From assembly GCA_046483505.1 (NCBI GenBank), contig JAWODB010000123.1, forward strand, positions 8,371 to 72,370: 64,000 bases of DNA. The letters are read 5' to 3'. Both the position numbers and the translations under genes were made by a program. Under the pieces are notes generated by a model, which was not told the origin of the DNA, did not search any database, and saw only the letters and a program-made list of their open reading frames with translations. This DNA is from Phycisphaerae bacterium. GTDB lineage: Bacteria > Planctomycetota > Phycisphaerae > FEN-1346. Below, one piece after another: positions 28,816-38,609 of the stretch (positions within the stretch are counted from its first letter, which is position 1; every line of letters begins with the position of its first letter).

Positions 28816-30000
28816 TCAGGTTGACTCCGCGGGCTTCTCACGGGCCAGTTCATCCACCTTCGGCAGCACGAACTCCTTGGCCAGAATCTTCACGGTCGAG
28901 GCAAGCGGCACGGCGGCGATCAGGCCGAACAGGCCGAACACCTCGTACCCGGCCAGCAGCGCCACCATCAGCGTGACCGGGTGGAGGCCGACGGCCCGGC
29001 CCTGGATGAACGGCGTCAGGACCCAGCCCTCCAGCGTCTGGACGACGATGAAGACGGCCGCGGTGCCGCCCACCGCCCACACGCTGCCCGCGTCGAACCA
29101 CGCCACCAGGATCGCCGGCACCAGGCCGACGAAGATGGGCAAGTACGGCACCACGCCGGCTACGCCCGTCGCCACGCCGATGAGGTACCAGTACGGCACG
29201 CCGACGATCGCCAGGCCCACGGCCGTCAGCACGCCCACGACCAGGCAGACGAGGATGCGGCCGCGAAGGAAAGCGCTGACCGCCGCGTCGATCTTTCCGA
29301 CCACGTCCTCGATGCGCGGCCGGTACTTGCCCGGCAGCCGCCGGTGCACGGCCTCGACGACGCGGTCGAAGTTCATCAGCAAGAAGAACAGGTAGAAGGC
29401 CGTCAGCCCCACACCGAACGCAAACCCCTGGAGGTTCCACAGGAACGCGACGACGCCGGTGCCCGCCTGCTTCAGCGTGGTGAGTGCGCCTTTGAGGAGC
29501 CCCTCCCGCGCATCCTGCGACGTGCCGATGCTGCCGAGGACGCGATCGAACCAGGTGCTCTCGCCCGTCTGGAGCCGCGCCGCCACGCCGCGCGCCCACT
29601 GGAGCGCCGCCGGGATGTAGCCGTGATCCCACTCGCCGTTCTCGTTCAGGTCGCGGTAGCCGGGCGGCTCCTCGATTTCCGGCTCGCCGACCACCGTGAC
29701 CCCGAAGTCATACAACTGGCCCACGAGCGGCGGGACGGCAAACAGGACCGCCAGCACGAAGAGCGCCAGGAGCACGAAGAAGATGAGCGTGGCCGCCACG
29801 CCGCGAGGCACACGGTGCCGCTGGGACCATCGCATGACGGGGTTCAGCACGTACGCCAGGGCCAGGGCGACGGCCAGCGGCGAGAGGATCTCGCGAAAGA
29901 AGACGACCATGGCCACCAGGACGAGCGCCCCGACGGCGATAAGGACGTCCGTCCGGTACCGCCGCCACAGACTCGGCTCAGGCTTGGCCGCCCCGCTCAT
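28816..30000 (-). CDS. AI-2E family (PerM/UPF0118) transporter
   Basis: ATG 30000 (MSGAAKPEPSLWRRYRTDVLIAVGALVLVAMVVFF). Eight predicted transmembrane helices and topology typical of AI-2E. The track ORF's extra 73 N-terminal residues are low-complexity. Confidence 0.75.
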   Translation of the reverse strand: MSGAAKPEPSLWRRYRTDVLIAVGALVLVAMVVFFREILSPLAVALALAYVLNPVMRWSQRHRVPRGVAATLIFFVLLALFVLAVLFAVPPLVGQLYDFGVTVVGEPEIEEPPGYRDLNENGEWDHGYIPAALQWARGVAARLQTGESTWFDRVLGSIGTSQDAREGLLKGALTTLKQAGTGVVAFLWNLQGFAFGVGLTAFYLFFLLMNFDRVVEAVHRRLPGKYRPRIEDVVGKIDAAVSAFLRGRILVCLVVGVLTAVGLAIVGVPYWYLIGVATGVAGVVPYLPIFVGLVPAILVAWFDAGSVWAVGGTAAVFIVVQTLEGWVLTPFIQGRAVGLHPVTLMVALLAGYEVFGLFGLIAAVPLASTVKILAKEFVLPKVDELAREKPAEST

Positions 30001-30391
30001 CGTCGTCCTCCCCGGACGCCAAGTGCAGTTCGAACCCGCGGTCGAACGCCTCGTCGAAATCGAGCGCCCCGGCGAAATCGTCGCGCCGGTCTTCCTCGGT
30101 CTTGCGCAAGAGGCCGACCTCGACCATGCGGAAGACGATCTCGCCGACGTCCTCGCTGGAGCGGATGCCCCAGCCGGCGAGGACCGACCGCGCCAGCCGC
30201 CCGAACTGGCTGAGGGCAAACTCCGCCAGGCCCTCGCACAGTTCCTGGCCCGTCACGTGGCCGACGCGGCCCGACCGCTGCACCGTGTAGCCGAGCGAGT
30301 CGCTGACGAAGACGTAGGCGTCGCGGGCGTACCGCCGGTCAGCCGCCATGATTTCGTCGAGCAGTTCTTCGGGTGATTTGCGTTCGGGCAT
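29978..30391 (-). CDS. Small acidic conserved hypothetical protein
   Basis: 137 aa, MPERKSPEELLDEIMAADRRYARDAYVFVSDSLGY.... Real-looking codon usage, with an AT-rich putative promoter upstream (30392-30450). Its 3' end overlaps the AI-2E start by 23 nt. Confidence 0.5.
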   Translation of the reverse strand: MPERKSPEELLDEIMAADRRYARDAYVFVSDSLGYTVQRSGRVGHVTGQELCEGLAEFALSQFGRLARSVLAGWGIRSSEDVGEIVFRMVEVGLLRKTEEDRRDDFAGALDFDEAFDRGFELHLASGEDDDERGGQA

Positions 30392-30616
30392 GAGTGCGAC
30401 TCGTTATATACTACGCATCTTGAATAAGAGGATGTCATTCTGAGGGCCGCTTGCGGCCCGAAGAATCTCGCCGTGGTCGTTACCGCCTTGGTCTTCGCAC
30501 CCTGGCACGGGTGCGGCTCGTACCGTGGCCGGCGGCGAGATGCTTCGCTTCGCTCAGCATGACAGCATCTCCGCCGTGCAGCGGCGGCCCGGGAGGACCG
30601 CCGCGCGGAAATCCGT

Positions 30617-32278
30617 TCACTCCTCCGCCGCCGCGTGGTCGGCCTGGAGAGCCTTGGTCTCCTCGATGACCGCGTCAATGGCGTCCTGTTCGACGCGTTC
30701 GGCAATGCGCTCGAACTCGGCGATGGGCCGGTCCTCGATGCGTTCGGCCAGGTTCGTGAAGTCCGGCGCCTCGGCGCCCAGGAGGCGGGCCACCTTCTCG
30801 GGATACCGCGGCACCACGGGCCCGAGGTACGCCGCCAGCAGCCGGACGCCGTTCAGAACGGCCGTCAGCGCCGTGCGGGCGGCCTCCGGCTGGGTCTTGA
30901 CCGTCTCCCACGGCCGCGTCTCTTCCATGAACTGGTTGAGGCGGTCGGCCTGGGCGGTGACGGCGCGGACGGCGGCGGCGTACTGACACCCCTCGTAGGC
31001 CCGGCCGACCTCGTCGGCGGCGGCCTCGATCTCGGCGAGCATCGTCCGGCCGGCCTCGTCGAGCCGGCCCAGGCGGTTGTCGAGCCGCTTCGCCAGGAGG
31101 CCCGCGCTGCGGCTGGGCAGGTTCGCGAAGTTGCCCACCAGGTCCTTGTTCACGCGGGCGACGAAGTCCTGCAGCGAGAGGTCGATGTCCTCGGTCCCCG
31201 GCCCGAGTTTGCACGCGTAGTAATAGCGCAGGTACTGCGGATCCAGGTGCTTGAGATACGTACTGGCGTTGATGAAGGTGCCGCGGCTCTTGCTCATCTT
31301 GAAGCCGTCCACGGTCAGGAACCCGTGGACCCAGATGCGGCTGGGCATGCGGAACCCCGCCCCCGCCAGCATGGCCGGCCAGTACAGGGCGTGGAAGTAC
31401 AGGATGTCCTTGCCGATGAAGTGGTACAGTTCGGCGTCGTCGGACACCCAGTAGTCGTCGAGGCTGCGGCCCTCGCGCTTGCACCAGTCCTCGGTGCTGG
31501 CGATGTAGCCGATGGGTGCGTCGAACCAAACGTAGAAATACTTATCCTCCGTGCCGGGGATGCGAAATCCCCAGTACGGCGCGTCGCGCGTAAAGTCCCA
31601 GTCGCGCAGGCCCTCGTCGAACCACTCCTGGAGTTTCGCGACCACGTGGGGATGCAGATGCTCCGGGCCGACCCACTCGCGCAGCATCTCCTCGTAGGCG
31701 GTCACGAGGAAGAAGTAGTGGTCGGACTCGCGCCAGGCCGCCGGCTCTCCGCATTGGGCGCACCGGGGATCGACCATGTCGGCCGGCCCGTAGGCCGAGC
31801 CGCAGGCCTCGCAATTATCCCCGTACTGGTCCTCGGCGCCGCACCGCGGGCAGGTGCCGCGGATGTACCGGTCCGGCAGAAACATGCCGCAGTGCTCGCA
31901 GTACGCCTGGCGGACGGTCCGGGTCTCGACGTGTCCCTTCTCGCGCAGCCGCTCGAAGAACGTCTCGGTCAGGACGCGGTTCTCCTCGGCGTTCGTGGTG
32001 TAGAAGTTGTCGAAGCCGACGTCGAACGCGTCGAAGTCGCGGACATACTGGGCGTGAAAGCGCTCGATGATCGTCTCCGGCGTGACACCCTCCTTCTGGG
32101 CCTTCAGCATAATGGGCGTGCCGTGGCTGTCGATGGCGCACATGTACCGGCAGTCGCGGCCGCAGGCCTTGTGGTAGCGGGCCCAGATGTCGGCCTGAAC
32201 GTACTCGACGAGGTGACCGATGTGGGCCGGCCCGTGTGCGTACGGGAGGGCGGCGGTAATCAGGATGTGCCTGCTCAT
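30617..32278 (-). CDS. metG: Methionine--tRNA ligase (short form, no C-terminal tRNA-binding extension)
   Basis: HIGH motif (PYAHGPAHIGHLVEY), zinc knuckles CEHCG...CPRCG...CEACG...CAQCG, and KMSKS. 553 aa. Confidence 0.9.
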   Translation of the reverse strand: MSRHILITAALPYAHGPAHIGHLVEYVQADIWARYHKACGRDCRYMCAIDSHGTPIMLKAQKEGVTPETIIERFHAQYVRDFDAFDVGFDNFYTTNAEENRVLTETFFERLREKGHVETRTVRQAYCEHCGMFLPDRYIRGTCPRCGAEDQYGDNCEACGSAYGPADMVDPRCAQCGEPAAWRESDHYFFLVTAYEEMLREWVGPEHLHPHVVAKLQEWFDEGLRDWDFTRDAPYWGFRIPGTEDKYFYVWFDAPIGYIASTEDWCKREGRSLDDYWVSDDAELYHFIGKDILYFHALYWPAMLAGAGFRMPSRIWVHGFLTVDGFKMSKSRGTFINASTYLKHLDPQYLRYYYACKLGPGTEDIDLSLQDFVARVNKDLVGNFANLPSRSAGLLAKRLDNRLGRLDEAGRTMLAEIEAAADEVGRAYEGCQYAAAVRAVTAQADRLNQFMEETRPWETVKTQPEAARTALTAVLNGVRLLAAYLGPVVPRYPEKVARLLGAEAPDFTNLAERIEDRPIAEFERIAERVEQDAIDAVIEETKALQADHAAAEE

Positions 32279-32320
32279 GTGGTTTCCCCGCCGAGATGTG
32301 CAGCCGATGGTCCGGCCCCG

Positions 32321-33685
32321 TCAGGCTTTGGCCCCGCCCTTGTCGCTCTTGCCGGCCTTTCGGCCTCCGCCGGAGTCGGAGCCGCTGCCCTTGCTGTTCT
32401 TGCGTCCGCGGCGCTTGCCTTTGGAGCGTCGGCGCCGGCCCCCGCCGCCCTTCTTGCCGGAGTCATCCTTCTTCGGGTCGCCGTCTTTCCGACCGCCGTC
32501 GCCCTTCTTCGCGGCGGCGTCCTTCTCGCGTGTGGCCCCGTCGGCGTCGTCGTCCTTCTTCGACTTCCCGCCCTGACGCTGGGCGGCCGCCGTGCCGCCG
32601 GCCGGACCCGCCTCGTCGGCCGGGACGAGCGTCTCGACCGGCACGACGACGCGCGTCCCGCCTTCGAGCAAGACGGTCGCCGTCTGCGTCACGACGTCCG
32701 TGCCGATCACCTTGCCGCGGCCCACGGCCGTCCCCACCTCCTTGTTCTTGCGCGGGAGGTTCTTCTGGAGTTCGCGGTAGGTGGCATGCTCGAACCGGAG
32801 GCAGCACATGAGGCGGCCGCACCGGCCCGAGATCTTCGACGGGTCGAGCGTCGCCTTCTGGACCTTGGCCATCTTCATCGAGACGGGTTCGAGGTCGCGG
32901 ATGAACGCGCGGCAGCAGAGCGGACGGCCGCACCGCTCGAAATCGCCGAGCAGCCGGGCCTCGTCGCGGACGCCGATCTGGCGCATCTCGATCCGCGTCT
33001 GGAACTCGCGGGCCAGGTCGCGCACCAGGGCCCGGAAATCGACCCGCTTCTCCGCCACGAAGTAGAAGATGATCCGGTCGCCGCCGAAGAGATGCTCCAC
33101 GGCAACCAGTTTCATCGGAAGGTTCCGCGCGGCGATGCGCTCCCTGCAAAACGCGAACTCGCGGTCGGCATCCTTCTCCAGATGCCGCTCGTCCACCTCG
33201 TCGGAATGCGTGACGAGACGCAGCACCTCGCCCTTGACCTTGAGGTCGTCGGCGGCACCGTCGACCCATCGGCAGACAATCGTACCGATCTCGATGCCGC
33301 GCTCGGACTTGATGACGGCCCGCTGGCCGCGGCGCCAGCGGTCGAGATCGTAGCGGAACCGGCCGAGGAACCGCATGCGGCCGTAACGGATGACGAGGGT
33401 GGGCCGCTCGCGTTTGGCGGTCTTCTCCCGGCTGGCGGTGTCGGCGCCTCCGCCGTCACCGCCGGTGTCGTAGCCGCCGTCGCCGGAGTCGCGGCCCGTC
33501 TCGCCGCCGCTTTCGGCGCTTCGCTGCTCCGAATCGTCGGCGCCGTCGGCCGGGGCTTCACCCGCCGGGCCGCCGGAGGGGTCGTCCGCGGGCTTGTCCG
33601 ACACCTCGGGCGCCGACTCGGCGGGCGTCGTGGCCGCCGCATCCGCCTGCGGTCGGTTCTCGCGCGTTTCGTGTACGTCGGTCAT
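32321..33685 (-). CDS. PSP1 C-terminal domain protein with disordered Gly/Lys/Arg-rich tails
   Basis: Core LVIRYGRMRFLGRFRYD...GIEIGTIV...MKMAKVQKATLDPSKISGRCGRLMCCLRFEH (PSP1). First in-frame ATG at 33685; the track start 33751 is TTG. Low-complexity termini. Confidence 0.65.
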   Translation of the reverse strand: MTDVHETRENRPQADAAATTPAESAPEVSDKPADDPSGGPAGEAPADGADDSEQRSAESGGETGRDSGDGGYDTGGDGGGADTASREKTAKRERPTLVIRYGRMRFLGRFRYDLDRWRRGQRAVIKSERGIEIGTIVCRWVDGAADDLKVKGEVLRLVTHSDEVDERHLEKDADREFAFCRERIAARNLPMKLVAVEHLFGGDRIIFYFVAEKRVDFRALVRDLAREFQTRIEMRQIGVRDEARLLGDFERCGRPLCCRAFIRDLEPVSMKMAKVQKATLDPSKISGRCGRLMCCLRFEHATYRELQKNLPRKNKEVGTAVGRGKVIGTDVVTQTATVLLEGGTRVVVPVETLVPADEAGPAGGTAAAQRQGGKSKKDDDADGATREKDAAAKKGDGGRKDGDPKKDDSGKKGGGGRRRRSKGKRRGRKNSKGSGSDSGGGRKAGKSDKGGAKA

Positions 33686-33871
33686 ATCGATAGCCGTCGA
33701 CTGGGTGGTCTCAGGTCGGCCGATTGTATCGGCTGAGGGCGGGACCTTCAATCGCTTTCGGCCTTCCCGGGCCGCCTCTCGCGAGCGGCCGGCCGGAAAA
33801 AGGACGCGGCCGGAAGCCCTCGCCGCCCCGGCTCCCGGCCCCGTCCGTCAGGGTACGTTGCGATGGGATTC

Positions 33872-35410
33872 TCAGCCGGGGCCCATGGCCTCGAGCAGGG
33901 CCTTCTCCGCCTCGGTCGCGTTGGCCGCCTCGGGCAGGTGCGACCGCGCCTCGGCCGCGTTGTCCCGGGAGAACTCGGCATAGGCCAGCAGGAACCGGTA
34001 TCCGGCCTGGGCCGAGCCTCGGTCCACCTCGCGTTTGAGTTCGCGGTGGATGCGGCCGAACACGTCCTTGTCGGGGTAGACGGCCTCGAGATCGGGGATC
34101 TTGGTGGCCCACTCGGGATGGCTGGCGAGGCCCCGCTTCAGGACGGCCGCCGCCTGCAGATACAGGCGCCCGGCGAGCAAGGCATGGACGCGGCCGAAGA
34201 AGGCGGCGGGTCGATTCCGTTCCAGCGCGGCCGCCGCCGCGTACAGCGACTCCGCCTTGCCGTACTGGCCCTGCCGCAACGCCTCGTGGCCACGGAGCAC
34301 GTAGTGGCCGTAGCCGGAAGTGGGCTCCCTGGGGACCGGGACGGGACGCGTTCGCGCAGCGGGGAGGCCTTCGACATCGCTCAACGGATCGGCCGTCTCG
34401 AACGCCGCCCAGGGGTCATCCGGGTCGGGCGCGTCGGGGTCCGCCCACCCGCCGCCGGTGCCCCAGCGGTCGGCGGCCGCCGGCGCCTCCTCGACCGGTT
34501 CAAGGGGTTCGTCGGCGAAGTCTTCCTCCTGCGGCATCGGGTGGACCCATCGGTCGAGGTCGGTCGTCTCGGGGGCGTACCGAAGATTCATGGTTCGCTC
34601 GTAGGGGGACTCTTCCCCCTTGGTACGGCGGGCCGGCTCGACGCCGAACAGGTTCATCGGCTCGGTCCGGAACTGCTTCTCGAAGATCGCATACGGATAC
34701 AGCAGGGCCGCTTCCTCCCCCTCCGCGCGCTCGGCGCCCTCGCCTTGGAGTACCTCCGTCGTCATGGCCCGGAGCGATTCCAGCACCTCCGTCGTACTCT
34801 CCGCCCCTTCGGGCACATAGCCGGCCGCTTCGGCCGCCTGGAGACTCTCCGCCGTCAGCCCTGTCCACCCGCCGGACCCCGTGAAGATGTTGCCCGGCGC
34901 CTGGAGCGGCGCGGCGGCTGCCGTGTTAAAGTTGGGCGGAAGGTAGCCGGCGCGGTCGCCGAACCGCCGATCGTCAAACCGGTGCCCCGCCGTCCACGGC
35001 GTCGTGACCGTGGCCGAGTCCGGATAATACGCCTCCGTCTGGCCGTATTGCAGCGGCGTGCCGAGGTCTCCCACGCCGAAGGAGTCGCGGCGGAAGTTAC
35101 TCAGCCGCGTCGAGGGCAGCGATTCGGCCAACTGGCTCCCGGTCTGGACGTACGGCGTGTTCCCCTGGAACGACTTGCCCAGCCGCAGGTTCCCCGTGAC
35201 CGCCAGGTTGCCGTGCAGCGGATTCCCGAACCGGTACGGGTCCGCCTGGCGCGGCGGCCCGGTTCGCAGCGTCCCGCTCGGGATGTAGGTGGGGCTTGTG
35301 TACCGCAAGTCGTAGCGCAGCGGCGTGCTGTACTGGGCCCATGCGACGGAGGGCCCGAGGGCGACAGCCGCCGCGACGGCCCCTATCAGGATGGCTTCTA
35401 AGCGTTTCAT
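33872..35410 (-). CDS. Secreted hypothetical protein with C-terminal TPR-like region
   Basis: Signal peptide MKRLEAILIGAVAAAVALGPSVAWAQ. Long Gly/Pro/Thr-rich region, then helical repeats (YGKAESLYAAAAALERN...AGYRFLLAYAEFSRDNAAEA). Confidence 0.5.
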   Translation of the reverse strand: MKRLEAILIGAVAAAVALGPSVAWAQYSTPLRYDLRYTSPTYIPSGTLRTGPPRQADPYRFGNPLHGNLAVTGNLRLGKSFQGNTPYVQTGSQLAESLPSTRLSNFRRDSFGVGDLGTPLQYGQTEAYYPDSATVTTPWTAGHRFDDRRFGDRAGYLPPNFNTAAAAPLQAPGNIFTGSGGWTGLTAESLQAAEAAGYVPEGAESTTEVLESLRAMTTEVLQGEGAERAEGEEAALLYPYAIFEKQFRTEPMNLFGVEPARRTKGEESPYERTMNLRYAPETTDLDRWVHPMPQEEDFADEPLEPVEEAPAAADRWGTGGGWADPDAPDPDDPWAAFETADPLSDVEGLPAARTRPVPVPREPTSGYGHYVLRGHEALRQGQYGKAESLYAAAAALERNRPAAFFGRVHALLAGRLYLQAAAVLKRGLASHPEWATKIPDLEAVYPDKDVFGRIHRELKREVDRGSAQAGYRFLLAYAEFSRDNAAEARSHLPEAANATEAEKALLEAMGPG

Positions 35411-35596
35411 GGTATTCCTCCCCCCGCACTCGGGGCGGGAGTCTGTCCGTCATCTATTCTATCGGCATCTGGCCCCTCTTCCTCTCTTCAATTATAGGCG
35501 ATGGGCGGGCGGCATGAAAGGTCCGCGCCGATTAGACGGCGGATGGGGACACCTGTTTCAGAAAAAGGAGGCGGTGGCCGGCCTGGGTGCCGGGCG

Positions 35597-38419
35597 TTAC
35601 GGCCCGGCGGCGACGCTGTCGGCAATATCCACCCGCGACCGCTGCCGCAGCGCCTCCTGAACCCCTTCGAACGTCTCCAGGACGGCCCGGTAGTCCGGGT
35701 CGGACGTGTCCCGGAAGACCGCCTTGCCGCACCCCTCCGTCCCGCCGGCCGAGCGGGCCAGCGGCGCCAGCAGAAACGCATTGAACTCCGGCCGGGCCAC
35801 GCGGACCCATTCCTTGCGCGGCACCTTGCCGCCGTTGTGACATTCGGCGCATCGCCGGCCGGCCACGTCCGCGAGGACCTTGTCCAGGTTCGCCGGATAC
35901 AGCCGCCGGCACCCCTGCCGCTCGTAGTCCCGGGCCAGCGACGTGCCGTAGTACGGCACGTTCAGGTCGATCCAGGCGAAGATGCGGCGGCGCTCGGCGT
36001 CGGTGAGCCGGACGCGCGGCCGGCCGTCGGCGTCCGGATGGCCGGCCAGGACGAGGTCGGCCAGCGGCGAGGCGGGCGAGCCCCAGACCTTCGGCGTGAT
36101 CTCCAGGATGTTCCGCTCGGCCCCGTTGTACGTGGAGATGGACCGGGTGTAGCCCCGGCCGCCCCAGCCGCGGTCGAACTTCTCGCGGGCCAGCACCTCG
36201 TACGAGACGCTGAAGAAGTCCGTGGCGTCGCCCGTCAGGTCGACGCCCTTCGGCGGATCGGGCGGCTTGTGGCAGCGGACGCAGTGCGCATCCAGCACCG
36301 GCTGGACGATGCCGGCGTAATCGAAGCCGCGGCGGCCCCACTCGGGCGGGCGGAGCGGCTGCGGCGGACGGGCCGTCGTCCGGATCCGCGCCACCCGTGG
36401 ACTCTCCGACCGCCGCTCGTGGCAGCCGATGCAGCCCTGAACCTCGCCGGGCATGAAGTGGGTGAACGATCGCATCCGCTGGACCGCCCGGCCGTGCTTA
36501 TCGAGCGCCATGAAATAGATCGGCACGCCAGCCGGCACGCGGAACGAGGCGGAACCGTCGTCGGCCACGTCCGCATAGCCCCACACCTTCTTGGGAGCGT
36601 ACGTGGCGCCGCACGAGACCACGGGGAACTGAAACCCGAACGCCCGGCGCGCCACGTCGGCCTTGCGCGACTTCTCGATCTCCTGGACGACCGCCACCTG
36701 CCGCACCTCGCCCCGCGCCACGTGCGGCCCGAGGCCGAGGTGGACGTCCTGGAGGTAGACCGATGCCCATCGGCCGCCTTCCCCTTCGGCGCCGGAGTCG
36801 TCGGGCACGGTCGAGGGGCGGCCGGGCGGCCGCGCGCGCGGACGCAACGGGCGGGCATTCCGCCAGCCGATGCCGCGGCTCGGCAGGATGGTCGCCTGCT
36901 CGGTCCCCTCGTAATCGCGGACGAGGATGTGCCCCTTACAGGAGACGAGGAAGTACGTCTCGTCCAGCGGGTACGGCGTCTGGTATGGGCCGCTGCGGGG
37001 GCCATTGTTCGAGCGATCGACGCGCCCGTGGTTGATTTCGGGCGTCAGGTTGCGGATGGCGGCCTGCGTGTTGTCGCCGTAAATCGGGTTGACCAGGCCC
37101 ACCGCCCCGCCGCACGTCCCATTGTGGCCGGTCATCGTGCAGAGGACGGCCCCGGACCCGGGCACGGGCTGCGGGTCGATGAAGGTGGCCGGGCCGAGCA
37201 CCCGGTTCCCGTAGTACTGGGCCAGCATGGTGCCGTCCGGGTTGATCGTCCAGAGTCCCTGGATGGGGATGGCGGGCCGGTCCACGTACTCCCACCGCCC
37301 GTAGATGATGCGGCCGTCGTTCATGACGGCGGGCGTGAAATCGTTCAGGTAGTTGGCCGAGAGCCGCCGCACGTTCGAGCCGTCGCGGTCCATCCGGTAC
37401 AGGACGCCGACGGGCGAGGTCCAGCAGTAGGCGAACTGCGGCGCCCGCGTGGAGAGGAACGCGATGCCGCCGTCCGGCAGCCAGCAGGCGTTGAAGTTGT
37501 ACGCGTCGCCGTCGGTCAGTTGGACGAGGTCCGAGCCGTCGGCCCCGATACGGTACACCTGGTACGACCGGGCGCCTCGGCGCCACGAGAAGAGGATTTC
37601 GCGGCCGTCCCAGGAGCCGTCGCAGTCGAGAATCTGGCCGTCGGAGGCGTCGACGAGTTGCTTGAGGTCGCCGGTGGTCACGTCGTAGACGTAGAGCCCG
37701 CCGCCGTCGCGCTGGCCCTCGCAATGATACGTGTACACGTGCGAGGACCTGACGCGGTGCCGCTCGATGACGAGCATCGTCTCGAAACCGAGGCGGCCGG
37801 CCTCCAGGCGCCGGGCGAGGTCGGGCGAGTCCGCGACGGGCGTCGGCGGAGGCTCGTTCGGACCGCGGAAGCCGCCGAGCACCTTCTTCGGCGGCGGGGC
37901 GGCGTAAATGCCGATCTCCGACGCCCCGGGGTTGCTGCCGCCGTAGGACGAGCCGAACGTCAGCATGACCTTCCGGACGCGGGCCGGCTTCGGCAGCCGG
38001 ATCCGCTGCGGGCCGTGGCCCGGCTTCAGCGCGGCCTTGACGGCGGGCGGCTCGGCGCCGTCGAGGTGGACGGCGACGTCCTTGAAGTTCTCTTCCCACT
38101 CCCAGGCGGTCCGGCCCCAGTAGACGATCTCGGCCACAGTGACGGGTTCCGGCCATTCGAACGTGAGGGTGGCGGCGTGCTTCGCCTTCGTCGCCCACGC
38201 CTTGCCGACGTCGGCGTGGCTCATCGCCCCCGGGATGTGACCGTCGGCGACGTTAGCGGCGGCGTAGTCGCGGCTGTACTCGGAGGAGGCGGTGATGGCG
38301 GCCGTGCGGGCGAGGTTCTTCGGCTCAGCGGCGGGGCACGGCCGGGCAAGCGCCGCCACGCACGCCGTAGCGATCATCACTGCCAGCGCCGTCAGGCAGA
38401 TGGGGCGGGGTGTGCGCAT
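35597..38419 (-). CDS. Large secreted protein with discoidin (F5/8 type C) domain, PD40 beta-propeller and C-terminal CxxCH motifs (paralog of 5871-8783)
   Basis: Signal peptide MRTPRPICLTALAVMIATACVAALA. Discoidin-like ASSEYSRDYAAANVADGH...WATK... PD40 repeats (ILFSWRRGARSYQVYRIGADGSDLVQLTDG). C-terminal CIGCHE, CVRCHK and CAECHN. Confidence 0.65.
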   Translation of the reverse strand: MRTPRPICLTALAVMIATACVAALARPCPAAEPKNLARTAAITASSEYSRDYAAANVADGHIPGAMSHADVGKAWATKAKHAATLTFEWPEPVTVAEIVYWGRTAWEWEENFKDVAVHLDGAEPPAVKAALKPGHGPQRIRLPKPARVRKVMLTFGSSYGGSNPGASEIGIYAAPPPKKVLGGFRGPNEPPPTPVADSPDLARRLEAGRLGFETMLVIERHRVRSSHVYTYHCEGQRDGGGLYVYDVTTGDLKQLVDASDGQILDCDGSWDGREILFSWRRGARSYQVYRIGADGSDLVQLTDGDAYNFNACWLPDGGIAFLSTRAPQFAYCWTSPVGVLYRMDRDGSNVRRLSANYLNDFTPAVMNDGRIIYGRWEYVDRPAIPIQGLWTINPDGTMLAQYYGNRVLGPATFIDPQPVPGSGAVLCTMTGHNGTCGGAVGLVNPIYGDNTQAAIRNLTPEINHGRVDRSNNGPRSGPYQTPYPLDETYFLVSCKGHILVRDYEGTEQATILPSRGIGWRNARPLRPRARPPGRPSTVPDDSGAEGEGGRWASVYLQDVHLGLGPHVARGEVRQVAVVQEIEKSRKADVARRAFGFQFPVVSCGATYAPKKVWGYADVADDGSASFRVPAGVPIYFMALDKHGRAVQRMRSFTHFMPGEVQGCIGCHERRSESPRVARIRTTARPPQPLRPPEWGRRGFDYAGIVQPVLDAHCVRCHKPPDPPKGVDLTGDATDFFSVSYEVLAREKFDRGWGGRGYTRSISTYNGAERNILEITPKVWGSPASPLADLVLAGHPDADGRPRVRLTDAERRRIFAWIDLNVPYYGTSLARDYERQGCRRLYPANLDKVLADVAGRRCAECHNGGKVPRKEWVRVARPEFNAFLLAPLARSAGGTEGCGKAVFRDTSDPDYRAVLETFEGVQEALRQRSRVDIADSVAAGP

Positions 38420-38609
38420 GCAGCCTCGCTTTCGGACGGGAAAACGGTCCTCCCGCCGGCATTCTACACGGGAATCGGGCGGATGCAACCGCGTGGGCCG
38501 CGGCGGCAAGACTGCCCGCCGCGCACGAAGTGCGCGTGGTGGTGCCAGCGCGCTGACTACCAGTTCTCACACGGGGCGGTATGGGCATACCGGGACGCGT
38601 GGCAGGTCG